Assembly (NCBI RefSeq): GCF_009834535.1
Contig: NC_045696.1
Coordinates: 39,000,001-39,064,000 of the forward strand
From: Camelus ferus
Lineage: Eukaryota
DNA length: 64,000 nt
Direction of reading: 5' to 3'
The position numbers and the translations under genes were made by a program. This document shows positions 1 to 64,000 of the stretch, one piece after another; positions within the stretch are counted from its first letter, which is position 1, and the number at the start of each line of letters is the position of its first letter. The notes under the pieces were generated by a model. It ran no database searches. It saw nothing but the letters and a program-made list of their open reading frames with translations, and had not been told where the DNA came from.

Positions 1-1759
1 GTTGCTCCAATTTTATAAAACTCCTTTGTGGATCTGCAGCATTTTGAGAATATTTATTTTAGTGAGTAGCCTGTGGCTCGCTTTCCTCCAGCAGCTCCCC
101 AGGATGAGCAGTAGTTCATACTAGTTACAGAAAAGAAATCACTGTTCTATTCACGTTACACAGTCTTGGTTCACGTGGAAGCAGAAAGAGAGACTGTGGG
201 CGGCCGTCACAACAAATTAAATGTAGTAGTTAAAGAACAAAAAATGTTTACCTTTCATACACATGATCACTTTCAAAATGCCCCCCAGCCCGTTTCCTGC
301 TGCCAGAGTGAGAGGCTCTTTATGCTGTTTCCGTGAGGAGAGGGCATAACTGGCTCAGAGCGCAGGCTCCCAGAAAGAGCAGAAGGCTGGGTGGGTGAGG
401 TGGAGACGTGTGGGGTCGAGTCTCAGGTGAAACCAATAAAAGGTGAGACTTTGAGTGACTCCAGAAGGCTGGTGATATTCTAAACGTAGAGACTCACAAG
501 TTTTATTAAGGGCCTAACACATAGAAGAATACTATGTGTTTCCTCAAAAATATCCCTGACTCTTAAGGTGGGAACAAACTTAAAATATTGTCCACTTGAA
601 ATGAATTTCTTGGGCTAATGGGTTCTAAACATTTTCTCAACCTTTCCTATGCCAGAGTTTTAGTGGCTCATGGGGCAGTCCTTTAAACTGTTTTGAATTT
701 GGATTAAAACATGGAACGAGGTGAACAAATGACATTATAGTTACTGTGCTCTTGCCTTCTTGAAGGTGAGCTTCTTACAAAACTTGATCCTTTGAACGTA
801 CAGTGCCCTAAGGTGGTTTTACCTTGGTGACCTGATATTTTTCTGACTCACATTTGAGCTTCCCTTTTATAAGGACTTGTGAGCATGACAGCTGACAGAT
901 ACTATCAGACCGCATTCCTTTTACAAGTAGGTGAGTGAGCTTGTTCGGAGGCAGGCGGAATTGGCTCACTGGGCTGCAGCTAACGAGGCTTTAGGGAAGA
1001 GCGTGATGGGGAGTGCCCGCGTGCTTCTGACAGCAGCCCAGCCCTCCTCACACTGAGTCCACGTGAATGGCAGCTTGCTTCACTGGTATCTTACTTACAA
1101 GCAGGTAGAATGCACCCCAGAAAGTGTTTGGTGTCTGCAAGGGTTCCCGGTGCTGTCCACTGTTTGCATTAATGCACATACCAGGGCTTTGTGTTTTACC
1201 GTCAACAGTTCATAGTGGGCTTTTCCTCTAAATTGATACATCGTGTTCCTGTCTTTCCTCATCTTCTTGAGCAACAATTTTCCACAATTGGCAGCTTCAT
1301 GGGTTAACACAATGCTGAAATGAGGAAGTCTGTCTAGGTGTCTCATGTATCTGAGTGTATCAAAATACTGTCCATTAGCTCTGTAACAATAAAGGCTAAA
1401 TTTAAACATATATAAGATTTGCTATCATCTCTCCCTTAAGTCTTCATACTTACCTTTCACTCTTCTCATTTTGTCCCCTAACCCCCAGTCATAGTAAACT
1501 CCTTAGAAGCTGAGACCTCGCTAAACCCACAGTTGAGGAGAGAAGGAGATGGGAGGGGAGAGCAAAGGGGAAGGGAGATGCACAAGCATCACACAGGCAC
1601 TGACATCCTCTAGGAGGCATCCCCCGAGTTATTGCCTCTGCTCTCGCCGCCACCGAATCTGGACCAGCTGTGACCGTTCTGGGCTCCCACGTGTGCTGCT
1701 CTTCTCCCTTTGTGACATTTACTGTGTAGCCTCGTTACAGATGTGCTGACTGTGCCTTT

Positions 1760-1870
1760 CAGTAGATTGTAAACTATTAGGGAACAGAAGCCATCTCTTA
1801 TTCACTGATGTGTCCCTGGCGTCTAGCGCAGAGTGTGTCATGTAATAGGTTACCAGTCAATCTGTGTTAT
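1760..1870 (+). mobile_element. L2 LINE 3' end fragment
   Basis: agattgtaaactattagggaacagaagccatctcttattcactgatgtgtccctggcgtctagcgcagag resembles the recalled L2 3' tail; boundaries approximate. Confidence 0.55.
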
Positions 1871-1884
1871 TTTTTAAATGATGA

Positions 1885-62989
<61,105 letters not shown>

Positions 62990-63704
62990 TAAGTCTGGGA
63001 CGGGGGCTGGGCTTGCTTCGGTCACTCTGGTAGGACGGAGTTGCACAGCTGCGTTTTAGTGCCCGCGCTGCTGTGTTTTGGTCTGATGGTCCACTTACTC
63101 CTCTTCTCTCTCCATGTAATACCAGTAGTTCCTCTTCAGGCACGAGAAGGCTGTGGCCTGTGTCCAGGGGCACAGCAGGCAGCGGTCTGGGAGAAGAGCC
63201 CTCGGGGAGAGAAGGGCTGCCTTGTGTTCAGACCCTGTGTCCTCGAGTAGGTGGACCATGTGAGCTTAACCATTTGCGCCCACCTTCCTTTCAGGAGAAA
63301 CCTCATTAAACTGGCAACTTTGGCCAGTTGAGACCATTGCCTGCTTCAGACACGTGACTGTCTGTAGGACTAACAGGGTTTTGTGTTTTGTTCTGCCATC
63401 TCCTTTACTCTTGGGCTGCTGGCTCCAGAGCGCTTACGCTCACACTTGGAGTCCTGGCTGAGCCAGCCCGCCCGCCAAGGTTGCTGTTCATGCAGATTGT
63501 TGGTCAGGGTGGATCCAGGTCCTGTGGGGCCTGCACTTTTGCAGTCTGGGGAGATGACTCTAAGAAATGAAATGAAATATGATGGATACATAAATTCGTT
63601 ATGAACTTGCATATTTATTGAAAACAAAAATGATAAGCAGCCTGCAAGTGAGGGGCACTGAGTTGAAGCGCCAATGCTTCCTAGAAAATCTGCCTCTCAA
63701 GCCA

Positions 63705-63792
63705 TTTTTTTGTTTTGTTTTATTATAAGTACTGAACCCAGGACCTTCTGCATGCTAAGCACATGCTCTACTGCTGAGCTATGCCTACCCCG
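63705..63792 (-). mobile_element. tRNA-Ala-derived SINE (Vic-1-like), short copy
   Basis: tgaacccaggaccttctgcatgctaagcacatgctctactgctgagctatgcctacccc with a T-rich tail on its left. Confidence 0.8.
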
Positions 63793-64000
63793 CCGAGGCC
63801 GTTTCTGAGAGGGACTGTCAGCCTGCATCTTTGGTGTTTTGGTACCAAAAGTTGACTGAAAGAACACACATAGCTCTCAGTGATTAATACAGATGCCTGT
63901 TTTCATGTCTTAAGACTTTCAAACTGTTTGATAATCGACTGCTTGTTTTAAATATTTGGGGATAATGAAAGAGAAAGCTGAGATTGTGAATTGATTTGAA

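Overview
Mammalian genomic DNA, most likely a camelid, judged from several tRNA-Ala-derived Vic-1-like SINEs. The whole window is the interior of one plus-strand gene, CRYBG3 (very large A-kinase anchor protein, beta/gamma-crystallin domain-containing 3). I traced 16 coding exons with canonical AG/GT boundaries from 1915 to 62988; they are probably exons 3-18 by human numbering from memory, and both ends of the gene lie outside the window. They comprise a 431-nt exon, a giant 6231-nt exon (two candidate PKA-anchoring helices and a 24-aa/72-nt tandem repeat array), and a three-fold repeated module of one linker mini-exon plus four Greek-key exons. All small exons are intact and phase-compatible. 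The giant exon, however, carries two apparent +1 insertions (~8954 and ~14280) that break the frame; assembly errors are the likeliest cause, but real loss-of-function alleles are not excluded. Introns hold the usual L1, L2, MIR, MER, Tigger, MLT1 and SINE fragments. Notable among these are an L1 with a probable 3' transduction, two ~50-bp micro-L1 insertions with target-site duplications (TSDs), and a Tigger2-like element enclosing a MIR-like segment. I found no evidence for a wholly new biological system. Repeat family names and human comparisons come from recalled sequences, not database searches.
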